Assembly: GCA_964395025.1 (NCBI GenBank)
Contig: CAYMZP010000001.1
Span: forward strand, 1 to 45,821
Source: an uncultured Candidatus Saccharibacteria bacterium
GTDB lineage: Bacteria; Patescibacteriota; Minisyncoccia; Phycocordibacterales; Phycocordibacteraceae
Direction of reading: 5' to 3'
Length of the DNA stretch: 45,821 nucleotides
This document shows positions 29,001 through 36,422 of this stretch, piece by piece. The notes beneath the pieces are model-generated. The model saw only the letters and a program-made list of their open reading frames with translations. It did no database searches and was not told the origin of the DNA. The translations under genes were made by a program, and so were the position numbers. The number at the start of each line of letters is the position of its first letter. Within the stretch, counting starts at the first letter, position 1.

Positions 29001-29612
29001 CACATCACCATCAGTACCAACCGATATAGCAACATCATTATTGTTCGTGAGTGAACCCTGTGCTCCCGCAGAAGCAATGGTTACTTCGGTCGCAAGCGAT
29101 GTGTCATTCGAGGTATCAAACCGGTCATACATGATGTCGTCTGCAGTGCTGAAATATGCAATGTGTACATATGTCCCACTATTTCCTGGAGTCCATTGGT
29201 CATACCAAACACCCATAGAAACCCAAGTGCCGGCATCTATATCAGTTCCCGTTCCGCTCCAGCTCGTACCTCCGTCCGTTGACTTCTGATACGCAACGTC
29301 ATTGTCAGAATCTATATAAAATACGTAACAGACTGTGTCAGATGTACACACGACATTTTTCCCTGATTTTTGGTGACGAAGAATGGTGGTGTTGACGGTA
29401 GTGTCTATGGCTTGTTCAGCTGCTCGCGCACGATTGTACTGAAACGAATCTATAACAGATCCATCTTGTAATGCAAGCCACAGCTCATCCACCACATTGG
29501 CACGAACCGCATACTCCGCTACAAGCGCAATAGGTACTTGCGAAGCAAGAAAAGCACAGAGACATACAAGCGCGAGAGTATGGCTACGTAAAAAGCGAAA
29601 AAACCGTCTCAT
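26025..29612 (-). CDS. Giant secreted surface protein: BNR/Asp-box beta-propeller-like N-region, Ig-like domains and a glycine-rich inserted module
   Basis: Signal peptide. Asp-box repeats STDGGTSW and STDDGSTW. The central beta domains are shared with the 311-aa paralog. Residues ~880-1160 are Gly-rich (SGTTWEVP...VIGGGGGG...GLIVLIYS). The C-terminus is DDVFWGLGVPNGTPAGSYTGTNTFTAVTGI. Confidence 0.75.
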   Translation of the reverse strand: MRRFFRFLRSHTLALVCLCAFLASQVPIALVAEYAVRANVVDELWLALQDGSVIDSFQYNRARAAEQAIDTTVNTTILRHQKSGKNVVCTSDTVCYVFYIDSDNDVAYQKSTDGGTSWSGTGTDIDAGTWVSMGVWYDQWTPGNSGTYVHIAYFSTADDIMYDRFDTSNDTSLATEVTIASAGAQGSLTNNNDVAISVGTDGDVYAITVDETAPTAPATFAHKCPNGSDCTNTANWASAGSNPWDGDTADVDAVHAIVLLPLPDNATHDAGDMMLVSHDITAHVVEYKVYDDSANSWSSNFTTLASSVTDSTTYTHALSGTVDLTTSNLYVSYVHVPGTTNTSEVRGARYNGSSWAELTDAWPNTTDGTSAITDSSIGIDQNTGDLYVVYSRGASATANDVYYSVSTDDGSTWSIDNLLSSDTDRNHRAVSIDNSSAQRLFALYHDVTATTGNDLYGNTVRDLAVYTQSAYRFFEGANSTNVGSALAAQDTPAELASGGDDVRLRMLMHIDEGAGIDEHSFKLQFSPMSGSCDIGFSGETYVDVTGATAIAYKDNGTPADGDALTANGSDPTHSGHTIVNQTYEELNTFSNSEAYVPDNQDAKWDFSLTDNGAPAETDYCFRMVKSDGTELDAYSVIPQLTTGAVGSNALPIVSGVSVDSGAVSVTLTENTTKNVICSGTATDTNGYEDIERVGAFFYRTSIGTSSASDNNNLYRLYGDSECIPSGGAGNSETYTCTFPIQYYADATDAGSAYSADTWSCEMHAYDGAATGTPAVDTIEVASLLALDVTSTIAYGTVNANTDTGTTNQSTTVTNTGNVDMDPQLSGIAMTDGGSGSILASQQKYSASAFTYSSGGTALSGTPTAFNLTLPQRTSDTGEEVMTILTSGTTWEVPVDWNSSDNSIFVIGGGGGGANGANGDGSNGGNSGGGGGGGAISILTNHSLTPSDTIDISIGSGGGIGSAGGDTWFESMGTLLAKGGSGGSGTTGGGGGASGSGVGDTLYSGGAGGNGQSTGGNDGGSGGGGGGGAGGASGDGVIGTAGSVGGASNGSNGGTGGAGNNGSGGAGGSAGTGSVDEGGQATAGDPGGDGSEWTSVGSGGGGGGGGGGGRDAGGGGAGGIGGEYGGGGGGGGGGGRGSGSSIVAGAGALGLQGLIVLIYSEAGSLSDDVFWGLGVPNGTPAGSYTGTNTFTAVTGI
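26133..26975 (-). repeat. Glycine-rich coding module with long (GGN)n tracts
   Basis: Runs of CCACC/CCGCC/CCTCC on the plus strand (for example 26210-26330) encode G8-G12 runs. Confidence 0.75.
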
Positions 29613-29615
29613 ATA

Positions 29616-30602
29616 TTACTCCGAAGAAAAGAACTCGTACGAAATAGAAGCAACACGACGCATAAAATCTTCCGCATGTGCTTTGTTTTCATAAAAAGAT
29701 ACATCAGGCTTCCCCTCTATGAGCACCGTTATGAGATACGGGCGATCCTTGAGATACACAATGCCTGAATCGGAGTACACATTCAGGTCAATGTTCTCTC
29801 CATACTTATGCGGAAACGGCACACGCGTGCCAATGTCATGCGTAAGGAAGTCATCATATGATGACGCATCTAGCCAAGAAAGAATCATGCTGGAGTGTTC
29901 TCGCGTGAGGAAACTCGAGGTGTAGAGAGTTCGGAAAAACCGAGAATATTCTTTTGCACTCATGTGCCCGTCTGCGGAAAACAAGTCCTCAAGACCCAAG
30001 TCGTTCACTACTTGATCTACATCGTCTTGGTGCAGATTGCGTTTTAAAATGTAATACGCTGTGTTGTCCGACTCAGAGAGAAGCGCTTCAAGGAGTGTTT
30101 CCAAACTGAAGCGTGTACCAATAGGATATTCCGAGAGCGCATTCTCTTTGGAACCTGAGCGTCCATCGCGGTCTCCCTCAAGCAGTACGAGTTCGTTATG
30201 CAGATGCCACTCTCCATCCTCAATTTTTTTCATCACCGCAAGTGCGAGAGGCAGTTTTGCAAGTGACGCAGGAAAAATCTGATTCTCTGGGTGTATTGAA
30301 ACGTTCGCACCGGTATTAAGAAACTCAAGATATATAGAAACCCTTCCTTCAGTAAATGAGTCAGCAAGCTCGTTAAGTGTCGTTCGTAGCGGCTGAATGG
30401 TCACGAGAAAATCTTCTTGGGAAATAAAACTCCGTGCAGGGTCAATGAGCGGATAGGGGTTTTTGAATGAGTGCGTAGCATATGGACTGTTATGTAGTAT
30501 GTGCAGTACCCCCAGAGCTCCAGCAATACCCCAACCAAGCCAGAACAACATGTGTGGCATATACGTCACGATGCTTTTTTTCTTACGCGACGTGGTGCTC
30601 AT
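29616..30602 (-). CDS. Membrane-anchored serine hydrolase, class A beta-lactamase fold (Beta-lactamase2-like)
   Basis: N-terminal TM helix, SxxK (PASLAKLP), SDN (SESDNTAY) and a KTG-like HKYGE motif. Confidence 0.7.
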   Translation of the reverse strand: MSTTSRKKKSIVTYMPHMLFWLGWGIAGALGVLHILHNSPYATHSFKNPYPLIDPARSFISQEDFLVTIQPLRTTLNELADSFTEGRVSIYLEFLNTGANVSIHPENQIFPASLAKLPLALAVMKKIEDGEWHLHNELVLLEGDRDGRSGSKENALSEYPIGTRFSLETLLEALLSESDNTAYYILKRNLHQDDVDQVVNDLGLEDLFSADGHMSAKEYSRFFRTLYTSSFLTREHSSMILSWLDASSYDDFLTHDIGTRVPFPHKYGENIDLNVYSDSGIVYLKDRPYLITVLIEGKPDVSFYENKAHAEDFMRRVASISYEFFSSE

Positions 30603-32050
30603 ATGTTAATGATGTTTATTTGACAGGTAGTGAAAGAGTCGCGTCCATCGACGTCTTTCCGATAGATAACGGGAATACTCATTGAACCGCGCTGAGCCCC
30701 AGGAAGTGTGGTGATGTGTACCCGAAGAGAGTCTGTGCGCTCAGCACGCAAAAAACGATACGCATCATTTTCTTCAAACGTAAGGTCTATGCCATATGGC
30801 ATGCTACCGAGCTCCACGATTTCCTGACCCGTACTTGTGCCGTGTGTAAGCGACAACACAAACTCTCGAGATTCAGCGTCAGATACATCTATCACTTCCG
30901 GAAAGACACTACACAAGTGCGTTGCATTTGGATCAATAGTAAACACGCGCTCGTACGCACGAGGTGCGGGAAGTGCAGGAGTTTCTGTACTAATTTCTAC
31001 AATCACTGGCTCAACAGCTTCAGGAATAGTCACAAGTGTGAGTGATACTTCGGTAAGCGTAACGGTTACATCTTTCTCTGCCGACTCAGTAACTAGACGA
31101 ACTACGAGCCTTTCTAATTCGTTGGTATCACTAAGTTCAAGAGGAAAGGTGTGCACCCCTTCTTCCAGAGAAACAGAATCAATGTATGTCCAGACAGTAC
31201 CGTCTGTGGTGTACGAAAGCGCAACAACCGTTCCACCGCCTAACCCTAGAGGCTCTTCAATAAATACACTTTCGCCGAGTACGTCTCCGATAGTAGGGAC
31301 AACATCAACAGGTGGCTCTGGTGTGTGTTCAATGAGGGGGGAGTGTGCCTCGCTTACCGTTTCTTCAGATACATCATCAGGTGTTTCGTTGGTCTGTGCA
31401 AAAACAGACGGAATACCAAAAAACCAACGACTCACCGTTTCCGTGTTTTCTTCAAGAACTGCTTCCTCTATAGGAACACTCTCTTCTTCGGATGTGGGTA
31501 GCGGAGGAGGAGGTGAGGATACTTCTTCCGTAGACATTTCTTGATCTGCAACCACCTCTTCAGTAGTCTCAACGCCTGCAACTTCACCTTCTACTCCAGA
31601 ATCAACAGAAACAGGTTCTTCCAAAATAGGCGCACGTTCACTCTGAGGAAGTTCAGGTACGAGGGGTGTTGTTTCAGGCGTACGAGAAACCGAGAAAGAA
31701 AGGGCTAGTGTTGCGCTTGAAACCTCTTCTGGTTGCGAAAGAGCAAGTGCTGCAAAAGAACAAAACCATGTTTGTCCTAGTGATTTGGTACTCGGTAAGC
31801 CCGTATCAGTATCCCAATCGCCTGTACAGAGCACTGGCTCAAGAACCGTAGTATTGGCGAACGTGTGCCATTGTCTATACGCGAACGGAGCAAACGCAAT
31901 AAGAATTCCAGCGACTGTCACAATAACGGCAATTCGTACAAGCATGCGTATTGCATATGTCTTTTCAGCCATGCTTGGTCCTACATCAAAAGGACCCGCC
32001 GGAACATATCGTTCGCGCCGCTTCATATGTACTAAGTATACGGCGCGCAC
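30599..32050 (-). CDS. Hypothetical N-terminally anchored protein with an acidic/Pro-rich linker
   Basis: 483 aa. TM helix IRMLVRIAVIVTVAGILIAFAPF, a long E/V/S/T/P-rich linker, then a beta-rich C-terminal half. It is the first gene of the operon. The start could be 32050, 32026 or 31972. Confidence 0.55.
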   Translation of the reverse strand: MRAVYLVHMKRRERYVPAGPFDVGPSMAEKTYAIRMLVRIAVIVTVAGILIAFAPFAYRQWHTFANTTVLEPVLCTGDWDTDTGLPSTKSLGQTWFCSFAALALSQPEEVSSATLALSFSVSRTPETTPLVPELPQSERAPILEEPVSVDSGVEGEVAGVETTEEVVADQEMSTEEVSSPPPPLPTSEEESVPIEEAVLEENTETVSRWFFGIPSVFAQTNETPDDVSEETVSEAHSPLIEHTPEPPVDVVPTIGDVLGESVFIEEPLGLGGGTVVALSYTTDGTVWTYIDSVSLEEGVHTFPLELSDTNELERLVVRLVTESAEKDVTVTLTEVSLTLVTIPEAVEPVIVEISTETPALPAPRAYERVFTIDPNATHLCSVFPEVIDVSDAESREFVLSLTHGTSTGQEIVELGSMPYGIDLTFEENDAYRFLRAERTDSLRVHITTLPGAQRGSMSIPVIYRKDVDGRDSFTTCQINIINI

Positions 32051-32102
32051 AGCTTTTCATAGTCTCAATCAACACCCACCCTGTGCATGGTACGCTAGCT
32101 GT

Positions 32103-32555
32103 ATGGAATACCTCTACTGGATAGTGAACCAATTTAGTTTTAGCGGAAACAATGAATCATATTCTATGTACCGCGTATGGTACGAGACCCTTGAAAAACC
32201 ATTTTTTGCGCCCGAGCCGTGGGTGTTTGGTCTTGCGTGGGGCATTATTTATCCTCTTATTGCGCTAGCACTCCTATATACCCTGTATTTGTACCTGAAC
32301 AAACGTGTTCCGCTTGCATTCCTCGGAGTCTTTCTCTTAAACATGGCGCTCAACCTTACCTTTACCCCGACACTGGTCACCACACAAAACAACGGGCTCA
32401 TTTCCCTTCATATTGTGCTCGTGCTTGGTACGCTCACATGGCTGATGCTCGCATCGTGGCGTCGTTCAAAAGTGATATTTGTTCTCCTGATTCCCTACGT
32501 ACTCTGGGGTGCATTTGCTACGGTACTGCAACTTTCTATTACCGCACTAAATTAA
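32103..32555 (+). CDS. TspO/MBR family (tryptophan-rich sensory protein)-like membrane protein, short form
   Basis: WYETLEKPFFAPEPWVFGLAWGIIYPL...LIPYVLWGAFATVL matches the TspO core. The N-terminal 106 codons of track ORF 31785..32555 are antisense to the operon start and were rejected. Confidence 0.65.
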   Translation: MEYLYWIVNQFSFSGNNESYSMYRVWYETLEKPFFAPEPWVFGLAWGIIYPLIALALLYTLYLYLNKRVPLAFLGVFLLNMALNLTFTPTLVTTQNNGLISLHIVLVLGTLTWLMLASWRRSKVIFVLLIPYVLWGAFATVLQLSITALN

Positions 32556-32556
32556 A

Positions 32557-32587
32557 GAAAACGCGCGTCAGTACGACGCGCGTTTTC
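32557..32587. terminator. Bidirectional terminator between the TspO-like (+) and DoxX (-) genes
   Basis: AAA-ACGCGCGTC-agtac-GACGCGCGT-TTT. Confidence 0.75.
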
Positions 32588-32606
32588 TTAGTGAAATGAA
32601 TGCGCG

Positions 32607-33035
32607 TTATGCGCGCTTCTTCATCTTTGCATCAAGCGAGTACTTGCCTGCTCCCGTAATCATTACAGAGATACTGCCAGCAAGGATGAGCAAGATAAAC
32701 TCGTACCCTCCACCCGAAACAAAGAATCCCTTTCCGAGATGCACGGTCACGAGCGCAACAATAGCGACAATGGCGAGAATCTTTGCGGTCCAGTGTGTGA
32801 AGAGACCGAGGATAAGGAAGATACCGCCCACAAGCTCAGCCGCGATGAGGAGCACGGCAAACACGTCAGGCATCGGGAACCCGAGCATTGAGAGAAATCC
32901 TGACGTTCCAGAAACACCGCCCTCAAGCTTCTGCCATCCGTGCATAGCAAAAATGGCACCGAGCACGACGCGCAAGACAAGCGGAGCTACGGCACCCCAC
33001 TTTTCTGTGCACATGCAATTCATGAATTTTTTCAT
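32607..33035 (-). CDS. DoxX family membrane protein
   Basis: WGAVAPLVLRVVLGAIFAMHGWQKL is a DoxX motif, with 4 TM helices. The start could also be 33056. Confidence 0.8.
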   Translation of the reverse strand: MKKFMNCMCTEKWGAVAPLVLRVVLGAIFAMHGWQKLEGGVSGTSGFLSMLGFPMPDVFAVLLIAAELVGGIFLILGLFTHWTAKILAIVAIVALVTVHLGKGFFVSGGGYEFILLILAGSISVMITGAGKYSLDAKMKKRA

Positions 33036-33078
33036 AGTCAGTACGAGTACGTACATTAAATGGATAAGGTGCAGGAAT

Positions 33079-33121
33079 AGTATACCCCCACACCAATCAG
33101 ATTGGTGTGGGGGTATACCGC
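33079..33121. repeat. 43-nt repeat, copy 1, containing a perfect 19+1+19 palindrome
   Basis: AGTATACCCCCACACCAATC-A-GATTGGTGTGGGGGTATACCGC. Copy 2 at 42366-42408 differs only at the central base. Confidence 0.9.
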
Positions 33122-33122
33122 A

Positions 33123-33890
33123 TTAGCGTTCGCGCTCTCCTACTGATGAACCAAAGAGTAGCCGTTGTGCTGCTTGCCCTACTACTACCAACATAAGAGC
33201 GAAGAGTGCGAGACCTGCAATCATGGTGATACTTGCAATGAATTTTCCAAACACGGTCTGTGGCACCATATCGCCGTAACCAACGGTAGTAATGGTCACG
33301 ATGGCCCACCACATAGCGTCCGGAATCGTTGGGAAGTGTGTTTCTGGTAACGTCCCTTCTGCTGCATACATGAGGGTTGCAGAGAACGTCACGACAAGCA
33401 TGAGCGCAAAAAGGTATATTTCTATGTTCAGCCAGTGCACATGCTTCACAAATTGTGCAAACCGAGAGCGAGAATTTTTTGTGGGCGCAATAAAACGCAC
33501 CAAACGAAGTGTACGCAACAAACGCAGTATACGAAGAAGCCGCGCGACCCAAAAGAGTATCGGGCCGGGGAGCCCTACGGTCAGGTAGGCAATGAGACTG
33601 GGAACTAACGAAACTACGTCAATGATTCCGAACGCACTCGTAAGGTACCGAGTACGATTTGATGCAGAGTAAATACGCAAGAGATACTCACCTAGGAAAA
33701 AGAAGAGGAAGAATACCTCTAGATGGTTAAAAAGCGTGCCGTACGTAGCATCAAGTGACGGAACGCTTTGCAAAATTACTATTACCACTGAACATAAAAT
33801 AAAGAGGGAGATGAGATTATTGACAGGGAAAAATAGTTTTGACCTCTCGTCTTCAAATATGCGAGAAAGTGCCTTACGCAAACGGGACAT
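33123..33890 (-). CDS. Voltage-gated (6-TM, Kv-type) potassium channel
   Basis: S4 voltage-sensor Arg repeat RLLRILRLLRTLRLVRF and selectivity filter TTVGYGD. Confidence 0.85.
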   Translation of the reverse strand: MSRLRKALSRIFEDERSKLFFPVNNLISLFILCSVVIVILQSVPSLDATYGTLFNHLEVFFLFFFLGEYLLRIYSASNRTRYLTSAFGIIDVVSLVPSLIAYLTVGLPGPILFWVARLLRILRLLRTLRLVRFIAPTKNSRSRFAQFVKHVHWLNIEIYLFALMLVVTFSATLMYAAEGTLPETHFPTIPDAMWWAIVTITTVGYGDMVPQTVFGKFIASITMIAGLALFALMLVVVGQAAQRLLFGSSVGERER

Positions 33891-33911
33891 GACACCATGG
33901 TAGCACGCACG

Positions 33912-34454
33912 CTAGATGCTTCCCGCGAGCACGGCAATTGCAAATATACCAATCACGTTCATACAAAACGCAACGGGAAGGAGAATAGACAATCGTGTCT
34001 TCGTAAGACCGAGAAGCGCAAGACCGAACTCGTCAGGGAGCGGAGACGCAATAATGAATGCACCAACGACTGGGTAGACCCATCGCAAAAAGCCAAAGTG
34101 TGGAAGAGTAAAAAGTCTGAGGTGATGTTTTTTTAGAAAACGTCTCAAGTCGTCTGCAAATATGTCCCTCACAAAAAGAAAAAGAATGGCGTCGCCAATC
34201 ATGGCGCCAAACCCTCCCCATAGCGCAACGAGAATTGGCGAACCAATGCCCGAAAGTTCTGCAAGCACTACAGACGCAGGGCCGAGTGTAAAGACAGAGG
34301 TAAAAAAGATACCAGCGACAAAGCTTCCGAGTGCGACACGCTGTTCAAGAAGAGAAAGGGTATCTGCAATAAATCCAACGTGTGAGAGATATACCGCACC
34401 AAGAAGGGCGAAACCAATGATGACGAGGTCGCGATACAAGCGTTCTATGCGCAT
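33912..34454 (-). CDS. Hypothetical membrane protein (possibly VTT/YqaA-like)
   Basis: Multi-TM. The start is taken at MRIERLY to avoid overlapping the mgtC-like gene. Family assignment is weak. Confidence 0.5.
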   Translation of the reverse strand: MRIERLYRDLVIIGFALLGAVYLSHVGFIADTLSLLEQRVALGSFVAGIFFTSVFTLGPASVVLAELSGIGSPILVALWGGFGAMIGDAILFLFVRDIFADDLRRFLKKHHLRLFTLPHFGFLRWVYPVVGAFIIASPLPDEFGLALLGLTKTRLSILLPVAFCMNVIGIFAIAVLAGSI

Positions 34455-34458
34455 GTAC

Positions 34459-34890
34459 TTAGGACTCGTGACGACGATGTAAGTGCGGAATGCGTGGCGT
34501 AAGCGCTGAAACAACCGCAGCGATAATCGCAACCGTATAGAACCCAAACCCTATAGCCATGCCAATGCCGGCTGCCACCCAAAGTGATGCAGCTGTGGTA
34601 AGGTTTTTCACATTGCCTCCATCTTTAATGATGAGACCCGCCCCAAGGAAACCGATACCGGTTACCACCTGCGCAGCAATCCGTGAAGTTGAAGCTGGAT
34701 CAACCATAGCGGAAAGAAACGTAAACAACATCGCACCGGAAATTACGAGTGCATGGGTACTAATACCCGCATCTTTTCCTCTACTTTCTCGTTCTGCACC
34801 TATTACAAAACCAAGAATCACTGAAATAAGTAATCCAATCAGGAACTGGTATTCAAGCGGTCCAAAAAAGGTGTCTTGCATGCGCACCAT
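34459..34890 (-). CDS. MgtC/SapB family membrane protein
   Basis: GAERESRGKDAGISTHALV motif and a 143-aa MgtC N-domain. Confidence 0.85.
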   Translation of the reverse strand: MVRMQDTFFGPLEYQFLIGLLISVILGFVIGAERESRGKDAGISTHALVISGAMLFTFLSAMVDPASTSRIAAQVVTGIGFLGAGLIIKDGGNVKNLTTAASLWVAAGIGMAIGFGFYTVAIIAAVVSALTPRIPHLHRRHES

Positions 34891-34916
34891 AATAGCACCA
34901 CAAGAACTGAAAACGA

Positions 34917-35327
34917 TTATGGTTTTGCGTTTTCTTTGTGTACGGTTATTTCAGCAGTCGGAGAGAAAAGACCTTCAACGTCATATATAGATAGCCGGTC
35001 GTTCTCTGGGACCAATGAGATAACGCCTGACGCAGTGATGTAGTCCCCTGCAGAAAGTATAGGTGGAGTGGAAGAAAGCAATGCGAGGGAAAGACCATAA
35101 TTTACTCCTGCGTCGGTGCGTAGACCGAGCGTACATTCTTTGGTAGAAGGACCGTTCCCTTTGTGTGGTAAACAAACGAGCGTTCCCGAAAGAGTTGCTT
35201 GTCTTGGCTCTGTTTGTGCCGGAAGTACTTCACCCTGTTTTTCGTTGTAGATGTAGGTATTGAGCGCGTAAAACCCTCCAGCGAGTACGCCAAGAATAAT
35301 CGCGCAGATGAGTATCCACTTCTTCAT
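34917..35327 (-). CDS. Hypothetical N-terminally anchored secreted protein
   Basis: MKKWILICAIILGVLAGGFYAL signal or anchor. No family recognised. Confidence 0.5.
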   Translation of the reverse strand: MKKWILICAIILGVLAGGFYALNTYIYNEKQGEVLPAQTEPRQATLSGTLVCLPHKGNGPSTKECTLGLRTDAGVNYGLSLALLSSTPPILSAGDYITASGVISLVPENDRLSIYDVEGLFSPTAEITVHKENAKP

Positions 35328-35418
35328 ACAAGCATTCTACCGCATATGGATGAAATTGCTTTTTAAACATAATGTTTTATACATACAGGGAACTGAATCT
35401 TTGAAACGGGAGTCAAAA

Positions 35419-35934
35419 GTGCAACTCGTAAAACAGATAGATGACTTTCTCTTTGCGAAGTTTTTCCAACGGGCCACTGACTGGCTCGTTGAAAAACGAG
35501 ACACCAGCAACTATGCGGTCGCCAGTATCTGCATCACCACTGCTATCGCAGGCATACTTGGCTGGCTTCTTTCGGTTGGCTTCTCGCCAAGCATGTTCTT
35601 CTGCATCGCATCTGGATTCGTGTGGGGATTGGTATCTCGTCGATGTCAAGTCAAACATGAACTATGGGTAACCGACCGTCTACCGAGACCGGAGCCAATG
35701 CGCACTGCTTATCGCTCACGCACTCTCTCAACTGTAGTAGTGCTCTGTTTGCAGATTGACAGTCTTCTACTGTTTCTTGAAGGCATTCAGGGTCTTGCGC
35801 AGTATGCAATAAGCGTCGTGCGTGACATTGGTATTATCTCCTTCCTCTATTTCTACGCATGCACACCAAAACCGCGTAAACCGCAGGAGAAAGAGGAGGA
35901 AGTGCCTGCGGGCTACGCACCGCAAGCTTCGTAA
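35419..35934 (+). CDS. Hypothetical membrane protein
   Basis: GTG start 6-8 nt after GGGAG. There are 3-4 TM helices. The upstream part of track ORF 35308..35934 overlaps the neighbouring gene's start. Confidence 0.4.
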   Translation: MQLVKQIDDFLFAKFFQRATDWLVEKRDTSNYAVASICITTAIAGILGWLLSVGFSPSMFFCIASGFVWGLVSRRCQVKHELWVTDRLPRPEPMRTAYRSRTLSTVVVLCLQIDSLLLFLEGIQGLAQYAISVVRDIGIISFLYFYACTPKPRKPQEKEEEVPAGYAPQAS

Positions 35935-35953
35935 CGAGGGAACGTGCGTTCTA

Positions 35954-35987
35954 AACGGGCAGACTCCTACGTAGGAGTCTGCCCGTT
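35954..35987. terminator. Perfect 34-nt palindrome between convergent genes (terminator-like hairpin)
   Basis: AACGGGCAGACTCCTAC|GTAGGAGTCTGCCCGTT. Confidence 0.6.
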
Positions 35988-35993
35988 ACACGT

Positions 35994-36422
35994 TTATACC
36001 GCTATCGGACTTTCTACTTTCTTTTTGTTATACATACGCACGAGTAAGAAACCGACCACTGAAAGTACTCCCGTTAGGAATGCGCCCCAAAGCATATCTA
36101 CAACAGTGAGGAGTACCGGCCAATCTTGCAGTACCGCAAGGTTAGTCAGGTTATACGTCCCGTACGTAAGGAACCCGAGCAGTACACCGAGTGTAAGTGC
36201 GCGTTGCATTTTTTGAGAGCGAATTGCAGGAAGAACGGCAAATAGATAAACCCCGCCTGTGTAGAGAACATAGAAAATGAGAGCAGGAATTAGTCCAAAC
36301 CCTTCTCGGCGTAAATGACCAATGCCTTCATCATAAAAACCACCCATAATGACGCCAAGCCACAACAGGTCAAGCACAAGAAGAACAACAACTGAAATCA
36401 AAAAAGGTATGCCGAGTTTCAT
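35994..36422 (-). CDS. DUF2177 family membrane protein
   Basis: MKLGIPFLISVVVLLVLDLLWLGVIMGGFY is a typical DUF2177 N-terminus. Confidence 0.7.
   Translation of the reverse strand: MKLGIPFLISVVVLLVLDLLWLGVIMGGFYDEGIGHLRREGFGLIPALIFYVLYTGGVYLFAVLPAIRSQKMQRALTLGVLLGFLTYGTYNLTNLAVLQDWPVLLTVVDMLWGAFLTGVLSVVGFLLVRMYNKKKVESPIAV

Noticed and set aside
31785-32102. N-terminal extension of the TspO-like ORF
   Set aside because: The first 106 codons overlap the first gene of the surface operon in antisense and are neither hydrophobic nor TspO-like. The start was moved to 32103.
35954-35987. Perfect 34-nt palindrome considered as a regulatory or recombination site
   Set aside because: It is a single copy that sits exactly between two convergent stop codons. 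The simplest explanation is a bidirectional terminator hairpin.
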